Part shown: piece after piece, positions 34,455 to 43,182 of the stretch
Layout: each line of letters starts with the position of its first letter
How positions within the stretch are numbered: the first letter of the stretch is position 1
DNA from: an uncultured Anaerolineae bacterium
GTDB lineage: Bacteria; Chloroflexota; Anaerolineae; Fen-1058
Length of the DNA stretch: 53,851 nt
Direction: 5' to 3'
NCBI GenBank assembly: GCA_964353405.1
Contig: CAYGWJ010000073.1
Coordinates: forward strand, 1-53,851
The notes under the pieces: generated by a model
What the model saw: only the letters and a program-made list of their open reading frames with translations
Told to the model about the DNA's origin: nothing
Database searches by the model: none
Made by a program: the position numbers and the translations under genes

Positions 34455-35468
34455 ATGGATCTCAACACGATTTGGTTTATTCTGATCGCCGTGCTGTTCA
34501 TCGGTTACTTTTTCCTGGAAGGCTTTGATTATGGCGTGGGCATCCTGCTGCCGTTCCTGGCGAAGGACGACAAGAATCGCCGCATCATCATCAACACGGT
34601 CGGCCCACACTGGGACGGCAACGAGGTGTGGCTGTTGACGGCAGGCGGCGCGATCTTTGCCGCGTTCTCGCAATGGTATGCCACACTGTTCTCCGGCTTT
34701 TACCTGGCGCTCGTGCTGATGCTCGTCGGCCTGATCGTGCGCGGCGTGGCTTTCGAGTTCCGCAGCAAGGATGCCAACCCCACGTGGCGCAGCTTTTGGG
34801 ATTGGATGATTTTCCTTGGCAGCTTTTTGCCGGCGTTGCTGTGGGGCGTGGCACTCGCCAACATCTTGAAGGGCGTGCCGATTGACGCCAAGAAGAATTA
34901 CGTAGGTGGCTTTTTCAATCTGCTCAATCCGTATGCGGTGTTGGCCGGGCTAACCTCGCTGACCGGCTTTACGCTGCACGGCGCGATCTTTCTGGCGCTC
35001 AAGACGACAGATGATCTCAAGGCCAAAGCACACGCTGTGGCGAACAAGCTCTGGCTGCCCACCGTCGTGCTGATCGTGGCGCTGGTGATCTCGGGTTACT
35101 TTGCCACCGATGTGTTCATTCGCCTCGGCCTGAACCCCGGCGTCGCACCGATCGGCGCGTTCGCGGCGCTGATGGCCATGGGCTGGTTCCTCCGCACGGG
35201 ACGGCACGGCTGGGCGTTTGCGATGAATGGCGTCGGCATGGCGCTGACGGTGGTCTCGGCCTTCCTGGGGCTGTATCCGCGCGTTATGGTTTCCAGCCTG
35301 AATCCCGATTGGAGCCTGACGATCTATAACGCTTCGTCCAGCCCGTACACGTTGACGGTGATGACGATTGTGGCGCTGATCTTGGTGCCCATCGTGCTGA
35401 TCTATCAAGGCTGGACATACTATGTCTTTCGCCAGCGGCTGGGCGGAAAGAGCAAGCTGACGTATTGA
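34455..35468 (+). CDS. cydB: Cytochrome bd ubiquinol oxidase subunit II
   Basis: MDLNTIWFILIAVLFIGYFFLEGFDYGVGILLPF...WDGNEVWLL. Confidence 0.95.
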   Translation: MDLNTIWFILIAVLFIGYFFLEGFDYGVGILLPFLAKDDKNRRIIINTVGPHWDGNEVWLLTAGGAIFAAFSQWYATLFSGFYLALVLMLVGLIVRGVAFEFRSKDANPTWRSFWDWMIFLGSFLPALLWGVALANILKGVPIDAKKNYVGGFFNLLNPYAVLAGLTSLTGFTLHGAIFLALKTTDDLKAKAHAVANKLWLPTVVLIVALVISGYFATDVFIRLGLNPGVAPIGAFAALMAMGWFLRTGRHGWAFAMNGVGMALTVVSAFLGLYPRVMVSSLNPDWSLTIYNASSSPYTLTVMTIVALILVPIVLIYQGWTYYVFRQRLGGKSKLTY

Positions 35469-35478
35469 TGGGAGCAAA

Positions 35479-35551
35479 GTAGACAAGGGAAGAGCAGACA
35501 AGTAGACAAGAAAAGCGACCTTGTCTACTTGTTCCTTGTCTACCTGTCTAC
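35479..35551. repeat. Long imperfect hairpin built from GTAGACAAG words, between cydB and cydD
   Basis: GTAGACAAGGGAAGAGCAGACAAGTAGACAAG-aaaagcgac-CTTGTCTACTTGTTCCTTGTCTACCTGTCTAC. The inner 13 bp are perfect (ACAAGTAGACAAG/CTTGTCTACTTGT) and the outer 11/12 pair across an asymmetric bulge. Confidence 0.9.
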
Positions 35552-35555
35552 TTCA

Positions 35556-37289
35556 ATGAACCTTGACCCACGACTCTGGCGCGAAGCGCGCGCGGTGCGC
35601 CGCCTATTGGCCTGGACGGTTGGCCTGGGCGGGGCGGCGAGTATCATGGTGGTCTTGCAGGCGCGCATACTCTGCCGGGTTGTGAGTCAGGTTTTTCTAG
35701 AAGGTCAGTCGTTGAGCGGCGTGGGATCACTCCTCGCCGCCTTGTTGTTGATTGCGATCGTGCGCGCGGGCTTGATGTGGGCCGGCGAAGTGACAGCGAA
35801 CCGTGTCGCCGGACAGGTCAAGCGAGATTTGCGCGAGCGATTCTTTGCGCACATCTTGGAACTCGGGCCGGCCTACACCCGTGGCGAGCGCAGTGGTGAA
35901 TTGGTCAACACCGCCGTCGAAGGCATCGAGTCGCTTGATGCTTACTTTAGCCAGTATCTTCCGCAGCTGGCTTTGACTGTCCTCGTGCCGGTCACGTTTC
36001 TGATCCTCGTCTTTCCGCTTGATCTTCTCTCCGGCCTCGTGCTGCTGTTGACCGCGCCCATCATTCCCGTGTTCATGATCCTTATCGGCAACCTGGCGGA
36101 TTCACTCACGCGCAAGCAGTGGCAGTCACTCTCCCGAATGAGCGCGCATTTTTTAGACGTGCTGCAAGGGCTGACCACCCTCAAGCTGTTTGGCCGCGCG
36201 AAAGACCAGGTGCAAGTCATTGCGCAGATCAGCGATCGCTTCCGCGACACGACGCTAGGCGTATTGCGCGTGGCATTCCTTTCGGCGCTCGTGCAAGAGA
36301 TGGTGGCGACGATCAGCACGGCCATTGTGGCAGTCGAGATCGGCCTGCGTCTGCTGTACGGTCACTTGGTTTTCGAGCAAGCTTTCTTCGTTCTCGTCCT
36401 CGCGCCCGAATTCTATCTGCCGTTGCGTTTACTCGGGACACGCTTTCATGCGAGCGTTTCGGGCGTGACAGCGGCGCGGCGTATCTTGCAAGTGCTTGAC
36501 ATTGAGATGCCACGACAAGGCGAGGGGAAGACAAGTGGACGAGGAGAACCTGACCGTTTTATCTCCTTATCCTTCGACGATGTTCACTACGCTTACGCTA
36601 ACGACCGGCCCGCATTGAACGGGATCTCTTTCACCGTCGAAGCAGGACAGCGAGTGGCGCTCGTCGGGCCGAGTGGCGCAGGCAAGAGCACAGTGGCTCA
36701 ATTGCTATTGCGCTTCATCGAGCCGCAGCGCGGCGAGATTCGCGTGAACGGGGCGCGGCTGGCTGGCGTGCCGGCTGGCGACTGGCGCAAGCAGGTGGCG
36801 TGGGTATCACAGAATCCGTACCTGTTCAACATGAGCGCGATGGAGAACATTCGCCTCGCGCGGCCGGGTGCGACACGGGACGAGATTACTCTGGCAGCGC
36901 AGTTTGCACATGCGCACGATTTTCTCCAGGCCTTGCCACAAGGCTATGACACCGTCATCGGCGAGCGCGGCGCAAGGTTGAGCGGCGGACAGGCTCAACG
37001 CATCGCGCTGGCGCGCGCATTCTTGAAGGATGCGCCGCTGCTCATCCTCGACGAGGCTACGTCCAACCTCGATCCCGAGATCGAAGCTCTGCTTCAAGAC
37101 GCAACCGAGCGTTTGATGCAAGGCCGCATGACACTCGTCATCGCGCACCGCCTCAGCACAGTTTATCGCGCTGACCGCATCGTGGTGATGGACGCTGGAC
37201 GAGTCGTTGAAACAGGAACGCACCCATCTCTCATGCAGCAAGATGGCGCCTACCGCAAGTTGGTGTCGGTCTATGGGGGCGCAGCATGA
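35556..37289 (+). CDS. cydD: Thiol reductant ABC exporter subunit CydD
   Basis: Six-TM ABC exporter domain plus NBD (GPSGAGKST, LSGGQAQRIALARA, LILDEATS). Sits next to cydAB. Start ATG 35556, just past the hairpin. Confidence 0.88.
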   Translation: MNLDPRLWREARAVRRLLAWTVGLGGAASIMVVLQARILCRVVSQVFLEGQSLSGVGSLLAALLLIAIVRAGLMWAGEVTANRVAGQVKRDLRERFFAHILELGPAYTRGERSGELVNTAVEGIESLDAYFSQYLPQLALTVLVPVTFLILVFPLDLLSGLVLLLTAPIIPVFMILIGNLADSLTRKQWQSLSRMSAHFLDVLQGLTTLKLFGRAKDQVQVIAQISDRFRDTTLGVLRVAFLSALVQEMVATISTAIVAVEIGLRLLYGHLVFEQAFFVLVLAPEFYLPLRLLGTRFHASVSGVTAARRILQVLDIEMPRQGEGKTSGRGEPDRFISLSFDDVHYAYANDRPALNGISFTVEAGQRVALVGPSGAGKSTVAQLLLRFIEPQRGEIRVNGARLAGVPAGDWRKQVAWVSQNPYLFNMSAMENIRLARPGATRDEITLAAQFAHAHDFLQALPQGYDTVIGERGARLSGGQAQRIALARAFLKDAPLLILDEATSNLDPEIEALLQDATERLMQGRMTLVIAHRLSTVYRADRIVVMDAGRVVETGTHPSLMQQDGAYRKLVSVYGGAA

Positions 37290-39091
37290 GCAAGACGCTC
37301 GGGCGGCTGCTCAAACTTGCCGCACCCTTTGCGGGCTGGATGATTCTAGCGGCTCTGCTGGGCACGGCGACCGTCAGCAGCGGCATCGGCTTGATGGCGG
37401 CCTCAGCCTGGATTATAGCCAGCGCTGCGCTGCATCCGTCCATCGCCGATTTGCAGGTGGCGATTGTGGGCGTGCGCTTTTTCGGCATCGCGCGCGGGGT
37501 CTTGCGCTACCTGGAACGCTATGTCTCGCATCAGGTGACGTTCCGTCTGCTGGCCCACTTGCGCGTCTGGTTCTATGAATCCATCGAGCCACTGGCTCCC
37601 GCACACCTGATACACACCGGGCGCAGCAGCGGCGATTTGCTGGCTCGTTTCGTAGCAGACATTGAAACGCTGCAAAACTTTTACGTCCGCGCCATCTCTC
37701 CGCCGATCGTGGCTGTGCTTGTCGGCGCGCTCATGTGGGTTTTCATGTGCAGCTATGACAAACAACTGGCTCTCATGTTCCTGGCCGTTTTCGTCGTGGC
37801 GAGCGCAGGCGTGCCGCTGTTGACGCGCGTCTTGAGCCGTGAGGCTGGGCGGCAACTGGTTTCCACGCGCGCCGAGTTGAACGCGACACTTGTGGACGGC
37901 ATCCAAGGTGTGGCCGATCTAGTTTCATTCGGACAAGAAGACGCATGGCTGGAACGGATGCAAGCGCAGAGCCGCGCATGGGTCGGAGCACAAGCACGCA
38001 TGGCCTGGGCAGGCGGACTGCACGGCGCACTCGGCAGCCTATTGACGAGTGTGGCGGCGTTAGCTGTACTGATCATCGCCATTCCACTCGTGAACGCGGC
38101 GCAGATTCAGGGCACGCACCTGGCCGTGCTGGTCCTGGCGGCGATGGCGAGCCTGGAAGCGGTGCTGCCTCTGCCCCTTGCCGCGCAATATCTCGACAGC
38201 ACGCTGGAATCGGCGCGGCGATTGTTTGAGATTGTGGACGCTTGCCCCCAGCCTGGCCCCACGGGCGCGCCGCCCCTTGAGGGTCCTTCCCCGGCGCAAG
38301 CGGGGGAAGGGCCAAGGATGGGAGTACGCGCCTGCGACCTGCGAGTTGAGCACTTGCATTTCCGCTACGACGCCGACGCGCTGCCCGCATTGGATGACGT
38401 AAGCTTCAATCTTCCGCAAGGTGGGCGGCTGGCGATTGTCGGGCCGAGCGGCGCGGGCAAGTCCACGCTGATCAACCTGTTGCTCCGGTTCTGGGATTAC
38501 AAGGCGGGCGTCATCCAGTTGGGCGGACGCGACCTGCAAAGATATGACCCTGACGACGCGCGTCACTTGATGGGTGTAGTCTCGCAAAGCACATATCTCT
38601 TCAACGCGACCGTGCGCGATAACCTGCTCATCGCCAGGCCAAAGGCCACTCGAGCAGAGCTGGAGCGAGCCGCGCAGCGGGCACAAATTCATTCGTTCGT
38701 CCAATCGCTGCCGCAGGGCTATGACACCTGGATCGGTGAGCAAGGCCTGCGCTTGAGTGGCGGCGAGCGTCAACGGCTGGCCATCGCTCGCGCGCTGCTC
38801 AAGGACGCGCCCATCTTGATTTTGGACGAAGCCACTGCCAACCTCGATCCCGTGACCGAGCGCCAGGTGATGCAGTCCATCCGCGAGTTGATGCAGGGTC
38901 GCACGACACTCATCGCCACGCATCGGCTTGTAGGGTTGGAAGATGCCGATGAGATTCTGGTGATGCAATGTGGACGCGTGATCGAGCGAGGCCGCCATGC
39001 CGGGCTGATCGAGGCGAACGGCCTGTACCGACGAATGTGGGATTTGCAGAATCAGATACTTGATGCGCCCTGGTGGCGTATCAAGCCCTAG
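37286..39091 (+). CDS. cydC: Thiol reductant ABC exporter subunit CydC
   Basis: ATGA overlap with cydD. NBD motifs GPSGAGKST, LSGGERQRLAIARA, LILDEATA. Confidence 0.88.
   Translation: MSKTLGRLLKLAAPFAGWMILAALLGTATVSSGIGLMAASAWIIASAALHPSIADLQVAIVGVRFFGIARGVLRYLERYVSHQVTFRLLAHLRVWFYESIEPLAPAHLIHTGRSSGDLLARFVADIETLQNFYVRAISPPIVAVLVGALMWVFMCSYDKQLALMFLAVFVVASAGVPLLTRVLSREAGRQLVSTRAELNATLVDGIQGVADLVSFGQEDAWLERMQAQSRAWVGAQARMAWAGGLHGALGSLLTSVAALAVLIIAIPLVNAAQIQGTHLAVLVLAAMASLEAVLPLPLAAQYLDSTLESARRLFEIVDACPQPGPTGAPPLEGPSPAQAGEGPRMGVRACDLRVEHLHFRYDADALPALDDVSFNLPQGGRLAIVGPSGAGKSTLINLLLRFWDYKAGVIQLGGRDLQRYDPDDARHLMGVVSQSTYLFNATVRDNLLIARPKATRAELERAAQRAQIHSFVQSLPQGYDTWIGEQGLRLSGGERQRLAIARALLKDAPILILDEATANLDPVTERQVMQSIRELMQGRTTLIATHRLVGLEDADEILVMQCGRVIERGRHAGLIEANGLYRRMWDLQNQILDAPWWRIKP
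38282..38313. repeat. GC-rich palindrome inside the cydC TMD-NBD linker coding sequence
   Basis: GGTCCTTCCCCG-gcgcaag-CGGGGGAAGGGCC (12 bp with one bulge). It encodes ...EGPSPAQAGEGP... Confidence 0.8.
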
Positions 39092-39124
39092 TATGTTATA
39101 CTCTGCACGCGTTCAAAAACTGCT

Positions 39125-39260
39125 TCGGCGCAGGTGCCCGTGGCCCGGATGCCAGGGCACGCTTTGCGTGGGGAAGCCGGTGAGCTGAAAGGCAAGTCCG
39201 GCGCTGTCCCGCAACTGTAAGTTAGCCAACAAGCCAGGAAACCCGCCCGCGCCGATGCTC
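39125..39260 (+). ncRNA. Cobalamin (AdoCbl-type) riboswitch
   Basis: GGTGCC...GGGAAGCCGGTGAGCTGAAAGGCAAGTCCGGCGCTGTCCCGCAACTGTAAG... followed by the B12 box AAGCCAGGAAACCCGCC (39231-39247). It lies directly upstream of corrinoid-related genes. Boundaries are approximate. Confidence 0.85.
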
Positions 39261-39292
39261 CCAAAATCCTTCGTGGAAAGAGGAGAGGAGCG

Positions 39293-40150
39293 ATGGGTGA
39301 CTGGATAAGATGTCTCACCACGCGACTCGGACGGGGTGAGACAATTTTGTTTCTGATGATGCTGTTAGCACTCCCAGCGGGAGAGAGGGCGTCGGCGCAA
39401 GGCGCTCCGCATCGCGCTGGTCTGGTTATACGCTTTGGCGATGGAAGCGTCATCACACGCTGCGTGCCGTTCAGCGAGCCGAGCATCACCGGCGTGGAAC
39501 TGCTGGCACGCGCGGGATTGTCCATCCGCGTGGACACGAGTTCTTCCATCGGCGCGGGCGTCTGCAAGGTCAACAGCCAGGGCTGCGATGCGGGCAGATC
39601 ATGTTTCTGCCAGTGCGAAGGCAGCACGTGCGCTTACTGGCAATACTTTCACTTGCAGAGCGGCGCGTGGAAATATTCCAACCTGGGCGCCGCGGTCTAC
39701 CAGATTTCCGATGGCGCGGTTGAAGGCTGGGCGTGGGGGAACAATGTCGCGCCGCCTGTGATGACGCTCGATCAGGTGTGTGCCAGCGCTTACTCTGCGC
39801 TTGCGCCGACCAACGTGCAGGTCACGCGTGCTCCGACGGGTGTCCTCACGCCCACACCGCCCGCGCCCGCCGCAACGCCAACACTGGCGGTGACGGTTGT
39901 GCCGGTCACTGCTTCGGTGATTCCGGCTTTTACGCTGACCCATGTTCCGGCAACAGATCTTGCGCCGGCGACTGGCCCAACCGCATCACCAACCGCCGCG
40001 CCCGCCATCCCCACTTTGTCGCCAACGGGATCGCCTACGCCACAAAGCATGGCGGGGTCGTCGCCTGCAGCCTCGTATGCACTCTTTGGCGTCCTTGTGC
40101 TGGGCCTGGGCACGTGGCTGTTGATTCAATTACGGCGAAAGGCACGCTGA
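39293..40150 (+). CDS. Secreted, C-terminally anchored DUF4430-like (transcobalamin-like) putative corrinoid-binding protein
   Basis: Signal peptide (ILFLMMLLALPAGERASA). HRAGLVIRFGDGSVITRCVPF...ITGVELLARAGL...AYWQYFHLQSGAWKYSNLGAAVYQISDGAVEGWAWG fits the DUF4430 pattern (G.YW.Y...G.......DGD...W). Ala/Pro/Thr linker and a terminal TM. Confidence 0.7.
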   Translation: MGDWIRCLTTRLGRGETILFLMMLLALPAGERASAQGAPHRAGLVIRFGDGSVITRCVPFSEPSITGVELLARAGLSIRVDTSSSIGAGVCKVNSQGCDAGRSCFCQCEGSTCAYWQYFHLQSGAWKYSNLGAAVYQISDGAVEGWAWGNNVAPPVMTLDQVCASAYSALAPTNVQVTRAPTGVLTPTPPAPAATPTLAVTVVPVTASVIPAFTLTHVPATDLAPATGPTASPTAAPAIPTLSPTGSPTPQSMAGSSPAASYALFGVLVLGLGTWLLIQLRRKAR

Positions 40151-40154
40151 CGAA

Positions 40155-40952
40155 ATGCTCAAACGCCTGACACGTGGATTGCCGGTGGCCGTGGCGAGCC
40201 TGGTGGGTATCGTCGCGTTCCTCTGGCCGTTCTGGTCGCCCATGGCGCAAGGCGCCGGCAATGCTTCCGCGCACGCGCAAGATGCACCGCTGGTGACGGC
40301 ACTCGTCGTCGGCCTGTGCGTGGTCGTAGCGCTGGCCGACCGCACCCAGATGCTCAATTCCAAGAGCGTGGCATTACTCGGAGTGCTGTGCGCCATCAAC
40401 GCCGCATTGCGATTGGCCTCTAACTTTTTTCCCATGCCCGGCGGGTTCTCGCTCGTATTCGTGCTTGTCATCCTTGTAGGCTATGTCTATGGCGCGCGGA
40501 TGGGCTTTCTCATGGGGACATTTTCATTGTTGGCCTCGGCGCTCGTCACAGGTGGAGTCGGGCCGTGGCTGCCTTTCCAGATGATTGCTTCCGCCTGGGT
40601 GGGAATGACGGCCGGGTGGCTCGCCAAACTTTCAATTTCGAATGTCAAATATCAAGCGTGGATGTTGGCGGCGTTCGGCTGGGTGTGGGGGATGGTGTTT
40701 GGCGCAGTGATGAATCTGTACTTTTGGCCGTTCGTCGCGGGCGGGCCGGACCAGTACTATCAGGCCGGTCTGGGCGTGGGTGAGATCCTGAAGCGGTATG
40801 CCGCGTTTTACCTGATCACGTCGCTGTGGTGGGACGCGGCGCGCGCGGTGGGCAACGCCGTGCTGATTGTCGCCGTCGGCCCGGCACTCATCAAGACACT
40901 TTCCCGCTTCAAGCGCCGATTGAGCGCGGACATGGCGCCGGTTTTCGAATGA
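40155..40952 (+). CDS. Polytopic membrane protein, ECF-transporter S-component-like (putative corrinoid uptake)
   Basis: 265 aa with about 6 TM segments and small-residue-rich helices (GVLCAINAALRL, LASALVTGGVGPWLPFQMIASAWVG). In the riboswitch-controlled transcription unit. No A/T modules adjacent. Confidence 0.55.
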   Translation: MLKRLTRGLPVAVASLVGIVAFLWPFWSPMAQGAGNASAHAQDAPLVTALVVGLCVVVALADRTQMLNSKSVALLGVLCAINAALRLASNFFPMPGGFSLVFVLVILVGYVYGARMGFLMGTFSLLASALVTGGVGPWLPFQMIASAWVGMTAGWLAKLSISNVKYQAWMLAAFGWVWGMVFGAVMNLYFWPFVAGGPDQYYQAGLGVGEILKRYAAFYLITSLWWDAARAVGNAVLIVAVGPALIKTLSRFKRRLSADMAPVFE

Positions 40953-40976
40953 CCTGCTCGCAGGCTGTGCCAAGAT

Positions 40977-41705
40977 ATGATCATTGACATTCTTTGCGCC
41001 TTTTCACTGCTGACCGTTTTGCCTGTGCCGTTTCGCTGGCTGGATGCAAAACGTCCGCCCGCTCGCGCCATGGCGGCCTATCCGCTGGTTGGGCTTGCAC
41101 TCGGCCTTGTGTTGACTTTCGCATTCGTTCTGCTTCAGGCCGTCTTGCCGTCACTCGTCGCCGCCGCGCTGACGGTTGCACTGTGGGCGATCTTGACCGG
41201 CGGGCTGCACCTCGATGGCTGGGCCGATTGCTGTGATGCCTTGCCGGCGACCGTTTCGCGTGAGCTACGGCTGGAGATTCTAAAGGATCCACGCCTGGGA
41301 AGTTTCGGCGGTGTGGGATTGGTGCTGTTGTTGCTGATAAAGTCTGCCGCAGTTGCCTCGCTATCACATACGACTGCCGCGCTCATCTTGGCGCCGACCC
41401 TGGGGCGTTGGGCCATCGTCAACGTGGCGGCGGTATTCCCGCTGGCTCGACCTGACGGAATGGCCGCGCACTTTGGCGCGGGACTCGAGCGCCGTGAGTT
41501 GACGTGGGCCACATTGACAGTGGCGTTGGTATGCGGTCTGGCCGGGTGGAGCGGCCTCATCGCCTGGGGCGGCGCTGTCATCGCCGCTTTTGCCTTTGGC
41601 CGTTGGGCTTCCTCGCGCCTGGGCGGTGTGACCGGCGACGTCTATGGCGCAACGTGCGAGTTGGTCGAGTGTGTTGTGCTTGTTCTTGCCAGCTTGCACT
41701 TTTAA
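40977..41705 (+). CDS. cobS: Adenosylcobinamide-GDP ribazoletransferase (cobalamin synthase)
   Basis: FSLLTVLPVP..., GGLHLDGWADCCDAL, membrane protein of 242 aa. Confidence 0.9.
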   Translation: MIIDILCAFSLLTVLPVPFRWLDAKRPPARAMAAYPLVGLALGLVLTFAFVLLQAVLPSLVAAALTVALWAILTGGLHLDGWADCCDALPATVSRELRLEILKDPRLGSFGGVGLVLLLLIKSAAVASLSHTTAALILAPTLGRWAIVNVAAVFPLARPDGMAAHFGAGLERRELTWATLTVALVCGLAGWSGLIAWGGAVIAAFAFGRWASSRLGGVTGDVYGATCELVECVVLVLASLHF

Positions 41706-41715
41706 CCACACCAGC

Positions 41716-42612
41716 ATGAAACCTAAAAACAACCTCCCCTTTCGCCTCGGCGCCACGTCCTACATCTGGCCCGACGACATTCTGCCGAATGTCGTTCAGC
41801 TTGCACCATTGGTGGACGATGTCGAGCTGGTTCTATTCGAGTCGGACGAGTATGGCAGCAACTTGCCCAGTGCGGCGGTCATTACCGAGTTGCGACGATT
41901 GGCCCAGGCACACGACTTGACTTTTACGATTCACTTGCCGCTCGACCTGCGCTTTGGCGACGATGACGCGGCGCGTCACCCGTCGCTGGAAAAGGCGCGG
42001 CGCGTGATCGAGCGGACGCGGCTACTTGACCCGTTTGCTTACGTGGTCCACCTCGACGGCAGGGCCATTCAAAATACGCCCCCACCCCCCGGCCCCCTCC
42101 CCTGTCGGGCGACAGGAGAGGGGGAGTCGGACACGGCGAGGCTGGCACGCTGGCAAGCGCAAGCAGCACGGTCGCTGAAACAGGTTGCGAACTGGGCCGG
42201 TGGCGCGCAGCGCGTGTGTGTGGAAAATCTGGAGAACTATGACCCGGCAGCCTTTGCGCCTGTGCTGGAGGCCGTCCCGGCGAGCCGGTGCGTGGATGTG
42301 GGTCACTTGTGGCGGCTCAGACTCGACCCGTTACCCCATCTGCGGCAGTGGCAGGCGCGCACGCGCGTCGTTCACCTTCATGGCGTCGGCGAACGCGATC
42401 ACCAATCGCTCGCCCTTATGCCGCCTGACGCGCTCGATTCCGTCGTCAAGCATCTGCTGGAATATGCTCGCGGCGTGGTGACGCTGGAAGTGTTTGGTGT
42501 GGATGATTTCTTTTCGTCCAAGCAGGCTTTTCAAGCAGCCGTAATACGTTCGTCCGCGAATCCAGCGAATCAGCGCGAATTCGAAAAACAAAATTGGCGT
42601 GGATTCGCGTAA
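41716..42612 (+). CDS. cbiR: TIM-barrel (AP endonuclease 2 / sugar-phosphate isomerase fold) protein, CbiR-like cobamide remodelling phosphodiesterase
   Basis: MKPKNNLPFRLGATSYIWPDDILPNVVQLAPLVDDVELVLFES...FTIHLPLDL...VHLHG. Its position between cobS and cobU matches the context of CbiR, as I recall from Akkermansia. Confidence 0.6.
   Translation: MKPKNNLPFRLGATSYIWPDDILPNVVQLAPLVDDVELVLFESDEYGSNLPSAAVITELRRLAQAHDLTFTIHLPLDLRFGDDDAARHPSLEKARRVIERTRLLDPFAYVVHLDGRAIQNTPPPPGPLPCRATGEGESDTARLARWQAQAARSLKQVANWAGGAQRVCVENLENYDPAAFAPVLEAVPASRCVDVGHLWRLRLDPLPHLRQWQARTRVVHLHGVGERDHQSLALMPPDALDSVVKHLLEYARGVVTLEVFGVDDFFSSKQAFQAAVIRSSANPANQREFEKQNWRGFA
42093..42124. repeat. GC-rich palindrome inside the cbiR coding sequence
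   Basis: CCCCCTCCCCTGTC-gggc-GACAGGAGAGGGGG (14 bp, one mismatch). It encodes ...PPGPLPCRATGEGES... Confidence 0.8.
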
Positions 42613-42637
42613 TTCGCGGAAGGAAACAAATAGCATA

Positions 42638-43180
42638 ATGCCCAAGACCTTAACCTTGATTTTAGGCGGCGCGCGCAGCGGCAAAAGCACATACGCGCAA
42701 AAGCTGGCACTGGAGCGCGGTGGCGATGACGTGTTGGTCGTCGCCACGGCGCAGGCGTTGGATGAAGAGATGCAGTCGCGCATCGAGGCACACCGCCGTG
42801 ACCGTCCTGCCGCCTGGCGCACGCTCGAAGCTCCGCATGACACTGGCAGACTCATCCAGCAAGCTGATCCGAGCGCCGTGGTCCTGGTGGATTGTCTTAC
42901 ACTACTGGTGAGCAACGCGGTAATGGCTCTACCCCAATCGGCCAGTGCTGTGGAAGCCGAGGCGGCTGCGTTGGCTGAGGTGGACGAGCTGCTCGCCGCT
43001 TACCGGCGCGGAACGGCGAGTTGGATTGCGATCTCAAATGAAGTGGGTCTAGGCCTTGTGCCCCCCTACCCTATGGGCCGCGTGTACCGCGATGCGCTGG
43101 GCCGCGCCAATCAAAGCCTGGCCGCCGAAGCAGACGAGGTGCTGTTCCTGGTGGCGGGCATTCCGATGAAGGTCAAGTGA
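42638..43180 (+). CDS. cobU: Bifunctional adenosylcobinamide kinase / cobinamide-phosphate guanylyltransferase
   Basis: MPKTLTLILGGARSGKSTYAQ (P-loop), ...VLVDCLT..., SNEVGLGLVP. Confidence 0.9.
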   Translation: MPKTLTLILGGARSGKSTYAQKLALERGGDDVLVVATAQALDEEMQSRIEAHRRDRPAAWRTLEAPHDTGRLIQQADPSAVVLVDCLTLLVSNAVMALPQSASAVEAEAAALAEVDELLAAYRRGTASWIAISNEVGLGLVPPYPMGRVYRDALGRANQSLAAEADEVLFLVAGIPMKVK

Positions 43181-43182
43181 TG

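Noticed and set aside
38060-38998. 312-aa minus-strand ORF (and 37403-37906 minus)
   Set aside because: Antisense to cydC, whose ABC motifs are unambiguous.
35556-39091. The ABC exporter pair as the missing double-glycine (PCAT) exporter for the Nif11 peptide
   Set aside because: Neither protein has an N-terminal C39 peptidase domain. Both start directly with the six-TM domain. They sit in a canonical cydABDC arrangement 17 kb from the peptide gene.
39088-39627. 179-aa minus-strand ORF
   Set aside because: It overlaps the cobalamin riboswitch and the start of the DUF4430-like gene on the opposite strand. No motifs; shadow ORF.
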